A DNA stretch of 64,000 nt from a virus. Below the pieces are notes generated by a model, which did no database searches, had not been told where the DNA came from, and saw only the letters and a list, made by a program, of their open reading frames with translations. The translations under genes and the position numbers were made by a program. The stretch spans positions 1 to 64,000 of the IMG/VR virus record IMGVR_UViG_3300028837_004134, one strand, 5' to 3'. Of the stretch, positions 46,607 through 57,197 are shown piece by piece; position 1 is the stretch's first letter, and each line of letters begins with the position of its first letter.

Positions 46607-47457
46607 TTGTCGCTTCTCCTGCGTGGCTTAGCCTTGGCCTTGTCCTTCTTTACGGCCTTCACTTTCCGAGTGCCCTTTTTCGAGTGTTGTTTCTTTGTGC
46701 CTTCTTTGATTGACTTGTTGATGATCAGATCAGCAGCAGAAACCACATTAGAAACCAGTTCAATTGCTTCATTCACATCTTTATGACTGATACTTCTTGA
46801 CTTGTTGCGAGCTTTCTTGCTTTGGGATAAATCACCTTCGTGGGCTATTTGATTGCGTCGCTTGGCTATTATTGTTACCTGACTCTTGAGCTTCTTAGGA
46901 TCAGTCTTCATCTGTTTAGCAATAGAATCCCAGAACGAATTGACTCCAATAAGCTGAAGTGAATCAGCTATCTTATCTGGGGTTTGAAGGGACTGATAAG
47001 AAAGCTTGCGATCTATGGCAATTCTCAACGCCTGATTTGTGCGTTTATACTTTTGTCCTGCCATGAAATCGGATACAAGAATTTTTTCGTTGAGTAAGCG
47101 ATTGGAGGGATCGCAGGCTTTTGAGTGTTGAACAACATGACGAATGATCTTAGCGTGAAAATATGCATCCATTGCTGATAGCGTCATAACGAATGAAGCT
47201 CGCAATAGGTCATCAAGAGCCTCAGATGAGAAATATTCACTATCGAGTTTACTGTCATCTCGAAGAACGAGGATCATGTCTTTACTATCAATTCGTTCGA
47301 TTTTGTGTCTTATAGGCCAGTGCATGAGCTTCTTGAAACTGTTACCCCAGTCTTGTCGAGTTCTTCGTTTCCTATGGTCAGTGAGCCCCCTGGCAAGTAT
47401 CTGGATGTACTTAGCCCGTTCGATAGCTCTGTGAAAAGTTTCCTTAGCGCCGTTCAT
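46603..47457 (-). CDS. HEPN-domain protein (RiboL-PSP-HEPN-like putative RNase)
   Basis: DLLRASFVMTLSAMDAYFH and RRNQIAH (RxxxxH); AT-rich relative to neighbours. Confidence 0.75.
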   Translation of the reverse strand: MNGAKETFHRAIERAKYIQILARGLTDHRKRRTRQDWGNSFKKLMHWPIRHKIERIDSKDMILVLRDDSKLDSEYFSSEALDDLLRASFVMTLSAMDAYFHAKIIRHVVQHSKACDPSNRLLNEKILVSDFMAGQKYKRTNQALRIAIDRKLSYQSLQTPDKIADSLQLIGVNSFWDSIAKQMKTDPKKLKSQVTIIAKRRNQIAHEGDLSQSKKARNKSRSISHKDVNEAIELVSNVVSAADLIINKSIKEGTKKQHSKKGTRKVKAVKKDKAKAKPRRRSDK

Positions 47458-49475
47458 TCCGTCACCTCCGCGAGCATGTCCGCGATTTCGTTTTCGATCT
47501 TCTTGAGATCGGCCTCGATCTCCTCCAGCGGTCTGGGCGGCGTGTACTTATAGAAATAGTGATTGAAATTGATCTCGTATCCGATCCTGGTCTTTGACTC
47601 GTCAATCCATGCATCCGGAACGTGCGGCAGCACCTCGCGTTTCATGTACTCTTCGACGTCTTCTTTGAGAGGTACGTTTTCGTAGTCACGCAGCTCTGGA
47701 TCAGGCTCCGGATTGCCCTTGGCGTCGGTGCAGACATCCGCCGTCTCGTCCCGCTCAGCCAGGGATATGAGCATTACTTTGAAAAGAGCCGCCGGAACAT
47801 TGATCTCCGTATCCTTGAACAACGCCTTCATCATGGCCGCGAACTCGCTGCGGTTTTTCACCACGCCCTTAGGAGTGAGACCTTGGAGCACCGAGAGGAT
47901 GGACTTCTGGAGTTTCAAGCCCTCCTCAATCTCGGCCTGTGCTGCCTTCGTATCCTTGCGCTTCTTGCTGGTAGCGAGGTTGGCGAAGGGCGCGGTCTCC
48001 TTGAGGCGTGTGATTCGAGCCTCGTCCACCGCGAAGTTGAGTCGCAAAGGTCGTTCGACGGTGATGCGCCGGTAGCCGAAGTCCTCGTTGTCGAAGACAC
48101 GGATATGCTCTCCTTCCTTGAGAGTCCCGTAGCGCCGTGTGATGTCGTCGCGTTGGTCTTCGCAAACTTCGTGGCGTTTGTTACCGAGGGACTTGCGCAT
48201 TTTCTTGAAGAAGCCGGTTCCGTCCACCAGTTGAATCTTACCCCGCCGCTGCTTGACTTTGCGGTTCGTAACGATCCAGAGATACGTATAGATGCCGGTG
48301 TTGTAGAAAAGCTGATCGGGCAGGGCGACGATGGCCTCAAGCCAATCATTCTCGATGATCCAACGACGGATTTCGCTCTCTCCCGATCCTGCCGAGCCAG
48401 TGAAAAGTGGCGAACCATTGAAGACGATGGCCAGGCGCGTTCCGCCCTCCTTCGGGTCCTTCATTTTGCTGATCATGTGTTGCAGGAACAGGAGAGACCC
48501 GTCGTTTATGCGCGGTAGCCCAGCACCAAACCGACCTCCGAAGCCCTGCTCTTCGTGTTCTCGCTTGATGAAATCGGCTTCAGGCTTCCATTCCACGCCA
48601 AAAGGTGGATTGGCCAGCATGTAATCGAACTTCTTACCGGCCATGTAGTCATTTGTGAAACTGTCGCCGAACCGGATGTGGTCTATGTTCTGGCCCTTGA
48701 TCATCATGTCCGACCCGCAGATAGCATATGCTTGGGCGTTATAGTCCTGACCGAAGACTTCCAGACGGGCATCTGGGTTAAGCTCGCGGACGTAATCCTC
48801 GGCAACGGATAACATACCTCCGGTTCCGCAGGCCGGATCGTAGAGTGTCTTGACTATGCCCTTGGTAGTGAGAATATCGTTGTCCGGCAGGAAGAGAAGA
48901 TCGACCATCAAACGAATGACCTCACGAGGCGTGAAGTGATCGCCGGCTTCCTCGTTCGACGCTTCGTTGAATCTCCTGATGAGTTCCTCGAAGATGTAAC
49001 CCATTTCCAAATTGGACACCTTGTCGGGGTGTAGGTCGATCTTGTCGATATCGCAGAATTTCGAGACCACAAGATATAGGCGGTCAGCCTTGTCGAGCTT
49101 GGCGATGTGTTCCTCGAAACCGAAGTGCTCGATGATCTCTCGGGCACGGGTGGAGAAACTCTTTATGTAATGCGTTAGATTCCTGACTATATTGTCGGGA
49201 TCGCCTTTGAGCTTCTCGAAGGTGTAGCGGCTGGTGTTGTAAAATGGCACTCCCGTGACCCGGCAGAGAATAGGGTCAACCCTCTTGACCTTGCCGCCTG
49301 AGAGTTTTTTCTGTCTTTCGAGTACCTTCTCCTTGGTAGGTTCCAACACGCAGTCGAGCCGACGCAGGACGGTCAGGGGAAGCATGACGTCCTTGTACTG
49401 GTTGGGCCGGTATGGCCCGCGCAGGAGGTCAGCCACAGACCAAATGAAGCTAACCTTATCGCCGAAGTTATTCAC
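47454..49475 (-). CDS. hsdM: Type I R-M methyltransferase subunit
   Basis: FIWSVADLLRG, GDHFTPREV, DPACGTGG, NPPF. Confidence 0.95.
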   Translation of the reverse strand: MNNFGDKVSFIWSVADLLRGPYRPNQYKDVMLPLTVLRRLDCVLEPTKEKVLERQKKLSGGKVKRVDPILCRVTGVPFYNTSRYTFEKLKGDPDNIVRNLTHYIKSFSTRAREIIEHFGFEEHIAKLDKADRLYLVVSKFCDIDKIDLHPDKVSNLEMGYIFEELIRRFNEASNEEAGDHFTPREVIRLMVDLLFLPDNDILTTKGIVKTLYDPACGTGGMLSVAEDYVRELNPDARLEVFGQDYNAQAYAICGSDMMIKGQNIDHIRFGDSFTNDYMAGKKFDYMLANPPFGVEWKPEADFIKREHEEQGFGGRFGAGLPRINDGSLLFLQHMISKMKDPKEGGTRLAIVFNGSPLFTGSAGSGESEIRRWIIENDWLEAIVALPDQLFYNTGIYTYLWIVTNRKVKQRRGKIQLVDGTGFFKKMRKSLGNKRHEVCEDQRDDITRRYGTLKEGEHIRVFDNEDFGYRRITVERPLRLNFAVDEARITRLKETAPFANLATSKKRKDTKAAQAEIEEGLKLQKSILSVLQGLTPKGVVKNRSEFAAMMKALFKDTEINVPAALFKVMLISLAERDETADVCTDAKGNPEPDPELRDYENVPLKEDVEEYMKREVLPHVPDAWIDESKTRIGYEINFNHYFYKYTPPRPLEEIEADLKKIENEIADMLAEVTE

Positions 49476-49536
49476 GACCGCTCCTCATTCTCTCTCCGCA
49501 TCTTCCGCCGATACCTCTTCCTTCCCACCTGATCCC

Positions 49537-49752
49537 TTAGGGCAGCTTCAGGCTGCCTTGCTTGGTCCTCTTGGCGCAAAAGGCGTCAAGTTGGGCCTTC
49601 GCCAGTTTCGATGGTTTAGCCTGGCCGTTTTCCCATCGATTTACAGTGGCGAAGCTTACGCCCAATTCACGTGCAAGGTCTTCCTGGCTGAGGCCGAGTT
49701 GATTGCGAACCTCTTTTACCAGCGTGGGATAATCTCTCTCTTTAGGAGCCAT
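49537..49752 (-). CDS. XRE-family HTH regulator upstream of hsdM
   Basis: LSQEDLARELGVSFATVNRWENG. Confidence 0.85.
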   Translation of the reverse strand: MAPKERDYPTLVKEVRNQLGLSQEDLARELGVSFATVNRWENGQAKPSKLAKAQLDAFCAKRTKQGSLKLP

Positions 49753-49958
49753 CGACTCTTCCTCTGCATAGTGGGCATAGAGCACCGAGGTTACCAGTCA
49801 ACATTGCATACGTTATAACACTTGAAAACGAAAATCAAGGGAAATCTCAGGGTCGTGTGAGAACCCGCCCTTGCGGTCACTTCAGCTATATCTCTTCTGA
49901 AAGTGACACTGCTTTGTGAGAAGCGTGTCTTGAGATTGTCAACAGCGAGGTTTCGCGG

Positions 49959-50180
49959 TCAACTCTTTTTCCACTCAGTTCCGGCATATTTCTCCCACTT
50001 GCCGCCGCCGGAGAGCTCGGTGTTGAACCACTCGTCGCCGAGGGCCGGGTTGGGGATAGCCGCGTCCCGTTCGGCCTCGGTGCCGATGCCCCGCCGGATG
50101 CCCGTTAGCGGTATCAATCCCTGGCCGAGGCGGTCCGCCGCCTGAAGAAAAAGACGGTTGGTTCCGCCGCGCCGCTGCCT
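49959..50180 (-). pseudogene. Start-less remnant resembling a phage tail-fibre-type motif
   Basis: GTEAERDAAIPNPALGDEWFNTE...WEKYAGTEWKKS-stop; in-frame stop upstream. Confidence 0.35.
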
Positions 50181-50583
50181 CCGTCGCCGCTACCTCGGCC
50201 TGAGCATGAACAACAATAAAAAACCAGGGATCAGAGGAAAGTACCAGGAGAGCAACCAATGGAAGAACGAGGTCAAGAAGTGAGGAGCGAGGAATCGTAG
50301 AATGCGATTGACAGTCTCTGATTAGACCGTTAACTTAGAGCCAGGGTGCTACACCTTTCGACCGCCCTTTAGGATGCTTTTGCTCCGCCGATTGTAGCGG
50401 AATGAAATCACGGAGAGAAATAGAAGCCACAGGGGCATTCCGGAGGTAGGAAAACCGGCTGATCTTACCCGTTCTGTAGGTTTCCAATCTGTGCGGATTC
50501 GCGTAAACACTACTACGGCGTACGGTATAATCAGATCTAACTACTTCCAACCCAGTGCCGACTTGCTGTCTCCTGACAATGTC

Positions 50584-50700
50584 GATGCCGCGTTTTCGGC
50601 ACTTCCGGAAAGGCCGATGCCGCAAGACAAGCACTTCCGAAACAGGGGGTGCCGCGAAATCGCGCGTTTCCAAAATGGAGATGCCGCAAAATCGCACTTA
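50584..50700 (+). repeat. Degenerate tandem array, 32-bp period, 4 units
   Basis: G[AG]TGCCGC starts at 50584, 50616, 50648, 50680; related to the reverse complement of the 5525-5668 array. Confidence 0.8.
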
Positions 50701-52362
50701 GCCAAGCGTCGATCGCCTATCGCCTCCAATGACCGTCACCCTCACCGAGCTCATGGCCAACCTGACACGATGTACTGACGCTACCAACCAGGCGTACGTG
50801 AACGCCATGCTGAAATGATCGACTCCCGTGCGGATATACCTGTACCTCTTCTCTCCGGTCTCCTCGTTCTCGTTCAGCATCCGGGCGTCCGCCGCCATGT
50901 GCTGCGCGAACTCCTCGACGATCGGCTGGCGGCGCGGCAGAATCACCTGTTTGTCACGAATTGCCGCCCTGGATGCGTCCAGCGCCTCCGTGCGATTCAC
51001 CTGGACTGTATAGGATTTGCTGTCCCACATGGGCCTCCCGCGTTGGTTCTCGTTGAAGAAGCAGAGGAAGACCTGCCTCGGATGCCGACGCGCGAAGTCG
51101 CGAGTGGCATGAGTCTCTGGTAGGCCGTCGATCACACACCGCCGAACGTCAAACCGCTTCATCAAGATATCGAGTTCCGAGAAATCGCGACATGTAGCCA
51201 GGTGTATCAGATGCTGCTTTTTGCTATCATTGCGCTCCTCGTTCTCTTCCCTCCGCAGGATCACCGCGTGTAGGTACTTGCCGGTATCGACCCCCATAAA
51301 GCACGTGCCATCGTCGTTGCTTTCTTGCATCGGAGTGTCGGTGCACAGGGACAGCACGGACATGACGTCCAGCTGCCTCTCAATATCAGCCCAGGGAACA
51401 CCTATCTTGAGATTGTAGAACCGATCGGGAAACCGTGTTGTCCGATACTCCTCGAGGATTTCACCGGGATCGATCTTGGACGAGAACAGTTGCGAGATGC
51501 GATATCCGTGAATCGTTCGACCTGGCAGATCAGCAACCCATTCACCGACTGCGATATCAAGTTCGCGGTTGCATTTCAGACATGCAAGGTAATGCGTGCC
51601 ATCCCGCCGAGGACGGATGATCCTGACCTCCTCGCCCAACTTAGTCGGGAACTCCTTAGCGGGAGCCGTCCATTGCCGACAGCGCGGGCAGCGCAGTGTC
51701 CAGTGCCGCTGATCCGATTTCTGATACTGTTCATCGATGCCATAATCGGGAAGTGAGGGATTCGAGAGTTCGACAATACGCTTGTAATCCGAGTGAGCAA
51801 GGCGTTCCTTGGCCATCGCCTTGGCTGCCGGAGATGTCTCATCCAGCTCGTCGAAGACGATCATGTCCGCAGGTACTGACTTCATTCCGACAGTTGACTG
51901 CATGCCGCGGAGGTACAGGTAGGATTCTCCAATTCTCTTCAAGCCGGCCGTATCGGTGTCAGTCATCATCCGAGAGAGGAAGGGATTGTCTTCGAGAAGC
52001 GGGCTCACGCGCGATTTCGAAAACTCAATCACATCGGTCCTGGTGGGAAAGAAGTAGACAACATTGAGTCCGGTAAGACAAGCGTGCAGACTTCTGAGAA
52101 TCGCCCAGGTTGTGCCACCGATCTGTGCCGCCTTGCTCAGGATCACGTGAGGAGATGTGTCGTCATAGATTGCCCGCAGGTATTCGTGCCCCTCGAACCG
52201 CAACGGTCGGCCTTCCAAACGGATACGTGCCACAGCCCACTCGGCAAGCGGATCACTGATTGCCCGCATCGCTGGACTTGCCAGTTCCGGTACCCTCCTC
52301 CTCAGGTAGAGCTGCGAGAATCTGGCGACGGATGCGGTCGCGTGTCTTCTCATCTGGTACAT
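50698..52362 (-). CDS. Terminase large subunit, GpA-like (copy 2)
   Basis: Same motifs as 1..1635; start uncertain. Confidence 0.88.
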   Translation of the reverse strand: MYQMRRHATASVARFSQLYLRRRVPELASPAMRAISDPLAEWAVARIRLEGRPLRFEGHEYLRAIYDDTSPHVILSKAAQIGGTTWAILRSLHACLTGLNVVYFFPTRTDVIEFSKSRVSPLLEDNPFLSRMMTDTDTAGLKRIGESYLYLRGMQSTVGMKSVPADMIVFDELDETSPAAKAMAKERLAHSDYKRIVELSNPSLPDYGIDEQYQKSDQRHWTLRCPRCRQWTAPAKEFPTKLGEEVRIIRPRRDGTHYLACLKCNRELDIAVGEWVADLPGRTIHGYRISQLFSSKIDPGEILEEYRTTRFPDRFYNLKIGVPWADIERQLDVMSVLSLCTDTPMQESNDDGTCFMGVDTGKYLHAVILRREENEERNDSKKQHLIHLATCRDFSELDILMKRFDVRRCVIDGLPETHATRDFARRHPRQVFLCFFNENQRGRPMWDSKSYTVQVNRTEALDASRAAIRDKQVILPRRQPIVEEFAQHMAADARMLNENEETGEKRYRYIRTGVDHFSMAFTYAWLVASVHRVRLAMSSVRVTVIGGDRRSTLG

Positions 52363-52825
52363 TCTCCTTGACTGCGTCGATAAACGTATCGATCACGCGC
52401 CTGATCTCAGCCTGAGACTGGGCGCGGATCGTCTCCTCGGTTTCGCCTGTCGTTGAAAGGCCCTTCGCAAGACGTTGTCCCTTCTGCGATCGCTCCAGGA
52501 TGCCTGCGATGCGTTCCAACTCTCGGATGTCGCTTATCTGCCGACCTTTGAGGTCTTCGGCGAGCTTGGCCAGCAGCAGTTCCCACAGTCGGTAGTGACG
52601 AACGTTGAGCGTAACTCGATCGTCGGCAATCTTCTCGACGAACATCTCGGCTGCTCGTCGGTCGACCTTGAATCTCAGGTTATCCCAGTCTTCGTCCTTG
52701 CGCCATTTACCTATTGTGTGGGGCTTAACGTGCAGCTGTCGGGCTATATCCGCATTGGTATCCCACTCTCCAGTGAGGAACATCTGGCGGGCCCGCTCGC
52801 ACAGCTTCCTATGGTTCTTTTTCAT
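52253..52825 (-). CDS. HTH terminase small subunit-like (copy 2)
   Basis: Paralog of 1526..2089. Confidence 0.65.
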   Translation of the reverse strand: MKKNHRKLCERARQMFLTGEWDTNADIARQLHVKPHTIGKWRKDEDWDNLRFKVDRRAAEMFVEKIADDRVTLNVRHYRLWELLLAKLAEDLKGRQISDIRELERIAGILERSQKGQRLAKGLSTTGETEETIRAQSQAEIRRVIDTFIDAVKENVPDEKTRDRIRRQILAALPEEEGTGTGKSSDAGNQ

Positions 52826-53507
52826 GATGCCCCTTCATGAAATACGCCGCCAGGTTGGTCAGACCTCTGGCCTTACGATCCCTGCCGGGCGTGCCGTCGC
52901 TCGCGAGATCCACAGCTTCTTCGATGAGTTGTTCCTGATCCGGAGTTACTACGAACGACAGGACACGCGGCAGTACCTTTTCCTCCTCCTCGGCTTGCTC
53001 ATCCAGCAGGGCCGCTACTTCCTCGGCCGGGAACTCCAGCAAGGTGTGCAGGTCCTGCAGTTGTCCATCCGTCTCAGGTAGCAGGCCAGCCAGGTCACTC
53101 ATGCTCATATCACCCAGCAGCTCATGGATAAGCTGAGCGCGGCGGATCGGGACGTCCTGTCCCTCGAGTCGGTTCAGGGTGGCCAAGAGCACATTTGCCT
53201 CTCTGTCGTCAACCTCCCAGATATCGCATAGAGCCTCGGTATGACCCAACTCCTTGAGGACCGCAATGCGATGATGGCCGTCCAATACCTGATACTTGTC
53301 CGACTGCTCAGGTTGCGGCCGGACGATAAGATACGGGTAACGCCCGGTGCGCTTGATGTGGACTTTCAGTTTCTCCCGCATCTCGTCGGACATGACATTA
53401 GCGTTGAAAGGGTGCGGCACGAGGTCGCATAATCGAATCTGCCTTGGGCCGACCCGCGTTGCCATGTGTTGCGCTGGTGTCGAAGCGATATCTCTGTTTT
53501 CAGGCAA
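52809..53507 (-). CDS. ParB N-terminal domain protein (copy 2)
   Basis: YQVLDGHHR; paralog of 2070..2771. Confidence 0.85.
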   Translation of the reverse strand: MPENRDIASTPAQHMATRVGPRQIRLCDLVPHPFNANVMSDEMREKLKVHIKRTGRYPYLIVRPQPEQSDKYQVLDGHHRIAVLKELGHTEALCDIWEVDDREANVLLATLNRLEGQDVPIRRAQLIHELLGDMSMSDLAGLLPETDGQLQDLHTLLEFPAEEVAALLDEQAEEEEKVLPRVLSFVVTPDQEQLIEEAVDLASDGTPGRDRKARGLTNLAAYFMKGHHEKEP

Positions 53508-54600
53508 TTCTCATTCCTCCTTCTGCCTTCACAGATTCCAGCAGGAGCTTGGCAGCCGGGTTCCATGCAACCAGGATGAACTCCCGGTTCTGCCGCCTCT
53601 TCTCTTCGCTCGCCACGGAGGCTTTGTGCATATACTTGACTGCGGTGGAACGAACCTCTCGCCCATGCCTTCGCATTCGCTGCTCTAACTCCTCGAGCGT
53701 CACCTCGGCATTGCCAAGACTCAGAATCCAAACCGGGATGTGCTTCGCATGGTCGAAGAGTGAATCGAGCATGGCGGCGCCGCCTTTGGCACTGAACGGA
53801 CTTTTCTCAAGAGATGAACCTTCCAGGATTTCGTCGATGATCTTGTATTCTTTCTCGTATGAAGCAACTCCAGGATACGGCGGATCGAAGTAGGCGATGT
53901 CAGCGTAAATCGTCGGCAGGGTCTGGACGATGTCAGCCTTCACAACCTTCGCTTCTCCCTGAAAGACTCCACCGTTAATCTGCTCAGCCAGCCTCCACAA
54001 CCGCTCGGGACGGCCAAGGCGAAGTCCGTTCACATAGTCACCAACGCAGCTCGGAGTGATTGATTCGAACTCGCCTGTTGTCAAACGGTGGATCGTGCCG
54101 CGACGTACCGAGGACATTGAGTGTGCCAGCAAAGCCACGCGGATCGCAAGGAGTTGCAGGAGTGCGCCTTTGACCGCGTCCCGGGCCTCTGCTGCAGTTG
54201 CCAGAATGCGGTCGAGCAGTCGCGCCTGTGATTGTGTGAATACGGCCGGGACGTATCTCTGTTGAATCGGCCCTGGTGGATTGCCGTTCCCGGCTGCGAC
54301 CCGTAGAATGTCCTCGCGGGCGAACCGAACGCTGCTGTTCTCTATCAGTGCCCGGCCAACAACGATCGAACGTTCGGCGATGTCTGTTGCCACCACCCTC
54401 AGGCCCTGGGCTTTGGCATACAGACTGATCGACCCGCCGCCAAGGAAGCCATCCAGAAAGGTCAGGTTCGGCCATGTCCGCCTCGGCAGGATACGATCCA
54501 GCTCCCTGAAGATCAGCGGACAAAGACGCCGCTTCCCTCCTAGATAGGGCGGCAATGCGCTCCAAATTGATAGCCTTCTGCGGCCCGAAGTCCTTTTCAC
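53500..54600 (-). CDS. DNA adenine methyltransferase (copy 2)
   Basis: PYLGGK, DGFLGGG, DPPY; GTG start at 54600 after GGAGG. Confidence 0.88.
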   Translation of the reverse strand: MKRTSGRRRLSIWSALPPYLGGKRRLCPLIFRELDRILPRRTWPNLTFLDGFLGGGSISLYAKAQGLRVVATDIAERSIVVGRALIENSSVRFAREDILRVAAGNGNPPGPIQQRYVPAVFTQSQARLLDRILATAAEARDAVKGALLQLLAIRVALLAHSMSSVRRGTIHRLTTGEFESITPSCVGDYVNGLRLGRPERLWRLAEQINGGVFQGEAKVVKADIVQTLPTIYADIAYFDPPYPGVASYEKEYKIIDEILEGSSLEKSPFSAKGGAAMLDSLFDHAKHIPVWILSLGNAEVTLEELEQRMRRHGREVRSTAVKYMHKASVASEEKRRQNREFILVAWNPAAKLLLESVKAEGGMRIA

Positions 54601-54772
54601 TTCACTACCTCCAGCCCTGCAACGCGTCCGCCTCAGGACGACCATGAAAGCCCTTCTTTCTCGCGAAACATGTATCGAATGACTTGACTTCCAGCGCATT
54701 AAAGGCCTGTGTGTAGATGTGCGTAACGCTATGATATACAATAAGTTGAATCTCCTGAAAGGAGGAAACTCT

Positions 54773-55132
54773 ATGAGTGAAACACTGCATGATGCCGCTC
54801 AGGCCTACCTGGAACACCTTCGGGGTCAGGGCAAAAAGGAGCGGACGCTCTACACCTACGGGAAGGACTTCGAGCAGATCGAGTCCTTCTTCGGGGCGGA
54901 GCGGAAGCTCGCTGCCATTCTCACACAGCATGTCGGGAAATTCTTCAAATCGGATGCGCTCCTGAAACTGCCCAGCGGCAAGAAGCGGGCGAAGCCCACC
55001 GTGGAGAAGACCAGGCGGGTGTTCAGGATGTTCCTGATCTGGGCCAAAGAAACTGGCCGTATCGACAAGCTGCCGCTGCCCAAGGACACGCCCATGGGCC
55101 GAAGTCAGAAGGAAGGCGAGGACAATGAATAG
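54773..55132 (+). CDS. Stand-alone integrase SAM-like domain protein (copy 2)
   Basis: Paralog of 3982..4347; AGGAGG RBS. Confidence 0.7.
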   Translation: MSETLHDAAQAYLEHLRGQGKKERTLYTYGKDFEQIESFFGAERKLAAILTQHVGKFFKSDALLKLPSGKKRAKPTVEKTRRVFRMFLIWAKETGRIDKLPLPKDTPMGRSQKEGEDNE

Positions 55133-56063
55133 TATCGCTGCTCGTGCGGTACGGTTGATGCCTGCGCCCGATCTTGTCGAAGAGGCCATCCAGACCTTCG
55201 GCCGCAGACTCGAAGCGCACGGGCGCTCACCGAACACAGTGAGCGCGTATCTGCAAGACCTGCGCACGCTCGCCAAAGTTCTGACCTCGATTTGTCCTGA
55301 CCTCTCCATGGACCAGGTGACCCCTGGAATACTCGACAAGGTCCTTACCGATCCGACCGTGACCGAGACAGCGGGCGGTGCGCCGCGTTCAGCCGCGTCA
55401 CGGCACCGATTCAAGGCCGCTGTGCGGTCCTTCTTTGCCTGGGCCGAGGAGACAGGGCTTGTTCCGGAAAACCCGGCCCGGTCGGTCACTATGCGCAGAC
55501 TGCCGCGTACGCTCCCGGTGTTTCTCACTGAGGCTGAGAAGCGCCGGTTGCTCAAGGAACTCCGCGGACGGTCATCGATACTGGCACGACGGGATCGGGT
55601 CATCGTCGAGCTATTCCTGGGAACCGGCATCCGGCTCCAGGAGCTTGTCTCTCTGGACATCGACGACGTTGACCTCGACGCCAAGCATATGCGCATCCGC
55701 GCCAAGGGTAACGTGCCGCAGGTGAAGTTCCTCAAGTCCAACCTTCGTTCCCTCCTACGCCGATACCTCGCGGAGCGCCGAAAGCAGGGCACCGCCAGCG
55801 TTGCGCTCTTCCTCTCCAACCGTACATCGCGTCTCTCGTCGAGGCAGGTGGCCAACCGCGTCAAGTTCTGGCTGGCCGAGGCGGGTATTGAAAAGAGTCT
55901 CGGGCCTCACGGGCTGCGACACAGCTTCGCCACTCACCTGTATGCCGCCACGTGCGACCTGCTCGTGGTCAAACGAGCGCTTGGCCACCGGGACATCTCG
56001 ACCACGGAGATCTATACCCACCTGGTGGACGGAGCCCTTGAAGAGGCCCTCGAACGGCTCTGA
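55125..56063 (+). CDS. XerC/D-like tyrosine recombinase (copy 2)
   Basis: GIRLQE, AKG, HGLRH, LGH, IYTH. Confidence 0.92.
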   Translation: MNSIAARAVRLMPAPDLVEEAIQTFGRRLEAHGRSPNTVSAYLQDLRTLAKVLTSICPDLSMDQVTPGILDKVLTDPTVTETAGGAPRSAASRHRFKAAVRSFFAWAEETGLVPENPARSVTMRRLPRTLPVFLTEAEKRRLLKELRGRSSILARRDRVIVELFLGTGIRLQELVSLDIDDVDLDAKHMRIRAKGNVPQVKFLKSNLRSLLRRYLAERRKQGTASVALFLSNRTSRLSSRQVANRVKFWLAEAGIEKSLGPHGLRHSFATHLYAATCDLLVVKRALGHRDISTTEIYTHLVDGALEEALERL

Positions 56064-56368
56064 CCCGCAGACGGGCACGAGAGCCTTGCGGTCCCTTGGG
56101 ACCGCGTTCTCGTTCGGGGCGGTGGATACTCTTCCGATAGTGATCCCACAGTCCCCGTGTCCGAACACATTCCCGAAGCCTTCCGGTGCTTCCTCTTTGG
56201 GGCGGGCCTGCTGTACGGAAGAAACGGTTGATTGAAACTTCCTGGAACAGGGGTTATAGGAACTTCCTACGGCTGGCAGCGCCGTAAGTCCCGGTGGTTC
56301 CGAGGTCGTTCCGCAGGCCGTCCTGGTGTTATCGGCAATCATTTTCGCGTTTTCGTTCCCTTGGCCGT

Positions 56369-56845
56369 CTACTTGGCCGGTTTCTTCTTTGATTCGGTCA
56401 GCTTTTCCAGCAGCGCCGTGGCCCATTCCGCCGGGGTAGTCTCCGGTCCCTTGGCCGCCTCGCCCTCCCGGGCGATCTTCGTTGCCTTCAAGTCCTTAAG
56501 GTGACAGCGGATCATGCGATCCAGTTTCTCGGCGGCGTCCCAGTCGCCGGCCTCCTGGGCTCGGCCCAGCTTGAGAAAATAGACCGCCACCAATTCGACC
56601 TGCATGAAGTCCGAACTCTTGTTGAACACGAAGTCCTGATAGAGCTGGCCGATGGTGGTCTCGAAAAGGGGCTTCTCGTCGTCGGCGAGGAACCGGTTGG
56701 CATAAATGCCGTGGCGCATTGAGTTCAGGTTCCCTTCCGGAGCGCCGTGTTTCCGTTCGGCTCCCGAGTTCCGTTGCCAGCGATCCAGGTGCATCTCGTC
56801 CTTCTTGTTGAGATGTCCGTCGTTCTGTTTCGCTGTATCTACCAT
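56369..56845 (-). CDS. TerS-type GAPEGNLNSMRHG motif protein (copy 2)
   Basis: Paralog of 5928..6434; basic tail shortened by an in-frame TAG. Confidence 0.6.
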   Translation of the reverse strand: MVDTAKQNDGHLNKKDEMHLDRWQRNSGAERKHGAPEGNLNSMRHGIYANRFLADDEKPLFETTIGQLYQDFVFNKSSDFMQVELVAVYFLKLGRAQEAGDWDAAEKLDRMIRCHLKDLKATKIAREGEAAKGPETTPAEWATALLEKLTESKKKPAK

Positions 56846-56923
56846 GGTCCTCTCGCTCGTGGTCCCAAACCGGGGTTCGGGGCGGAAGGCGAATTTCGCC
56901 ACCCGTGGGGAGAACCCCACCAT

Positions 56924-56952
56924 TACCTACCGGCGGGAGTCGTGATATGTCG
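56924..56952 (-). promoter_or_regulatory. Bipartite promoter motif P6
   Basis: CGAC-N15-CCGGTAGGTA. Confidence 0.75.
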
Positions 56953-57106
56953 AAAAAGCGGTGTGACATTTGCCGTAGGGATAATATATTACTCGAGTGT
57001 AGTTTGTACGACCAGTGTGGAACAAATCGCCTTCGCGGGATGGAGGGAGATAAGCCGTTGAAGGCGAAAAGCGTTACATCGACAGTCAAGAACGCGCGAT
57101 GGCGGT

Positions 57107-57168
57107 TTATGTGGAAAAGAACAGTCTATGGTTGCCGTATTATACAGACTGTATAATCATTGTTAGCT
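57107..57168 (+). other. attI-like site 2
   Basis: TAATCATT-GTTAGCT; core 57162-57168 is the exact reverse complement of the downstream attC inverse core AGCTAAC. Confidence 0.65.
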
Positions 57169-57197
57169 TCATAGATGAATATTCAGGGAGAACAATC

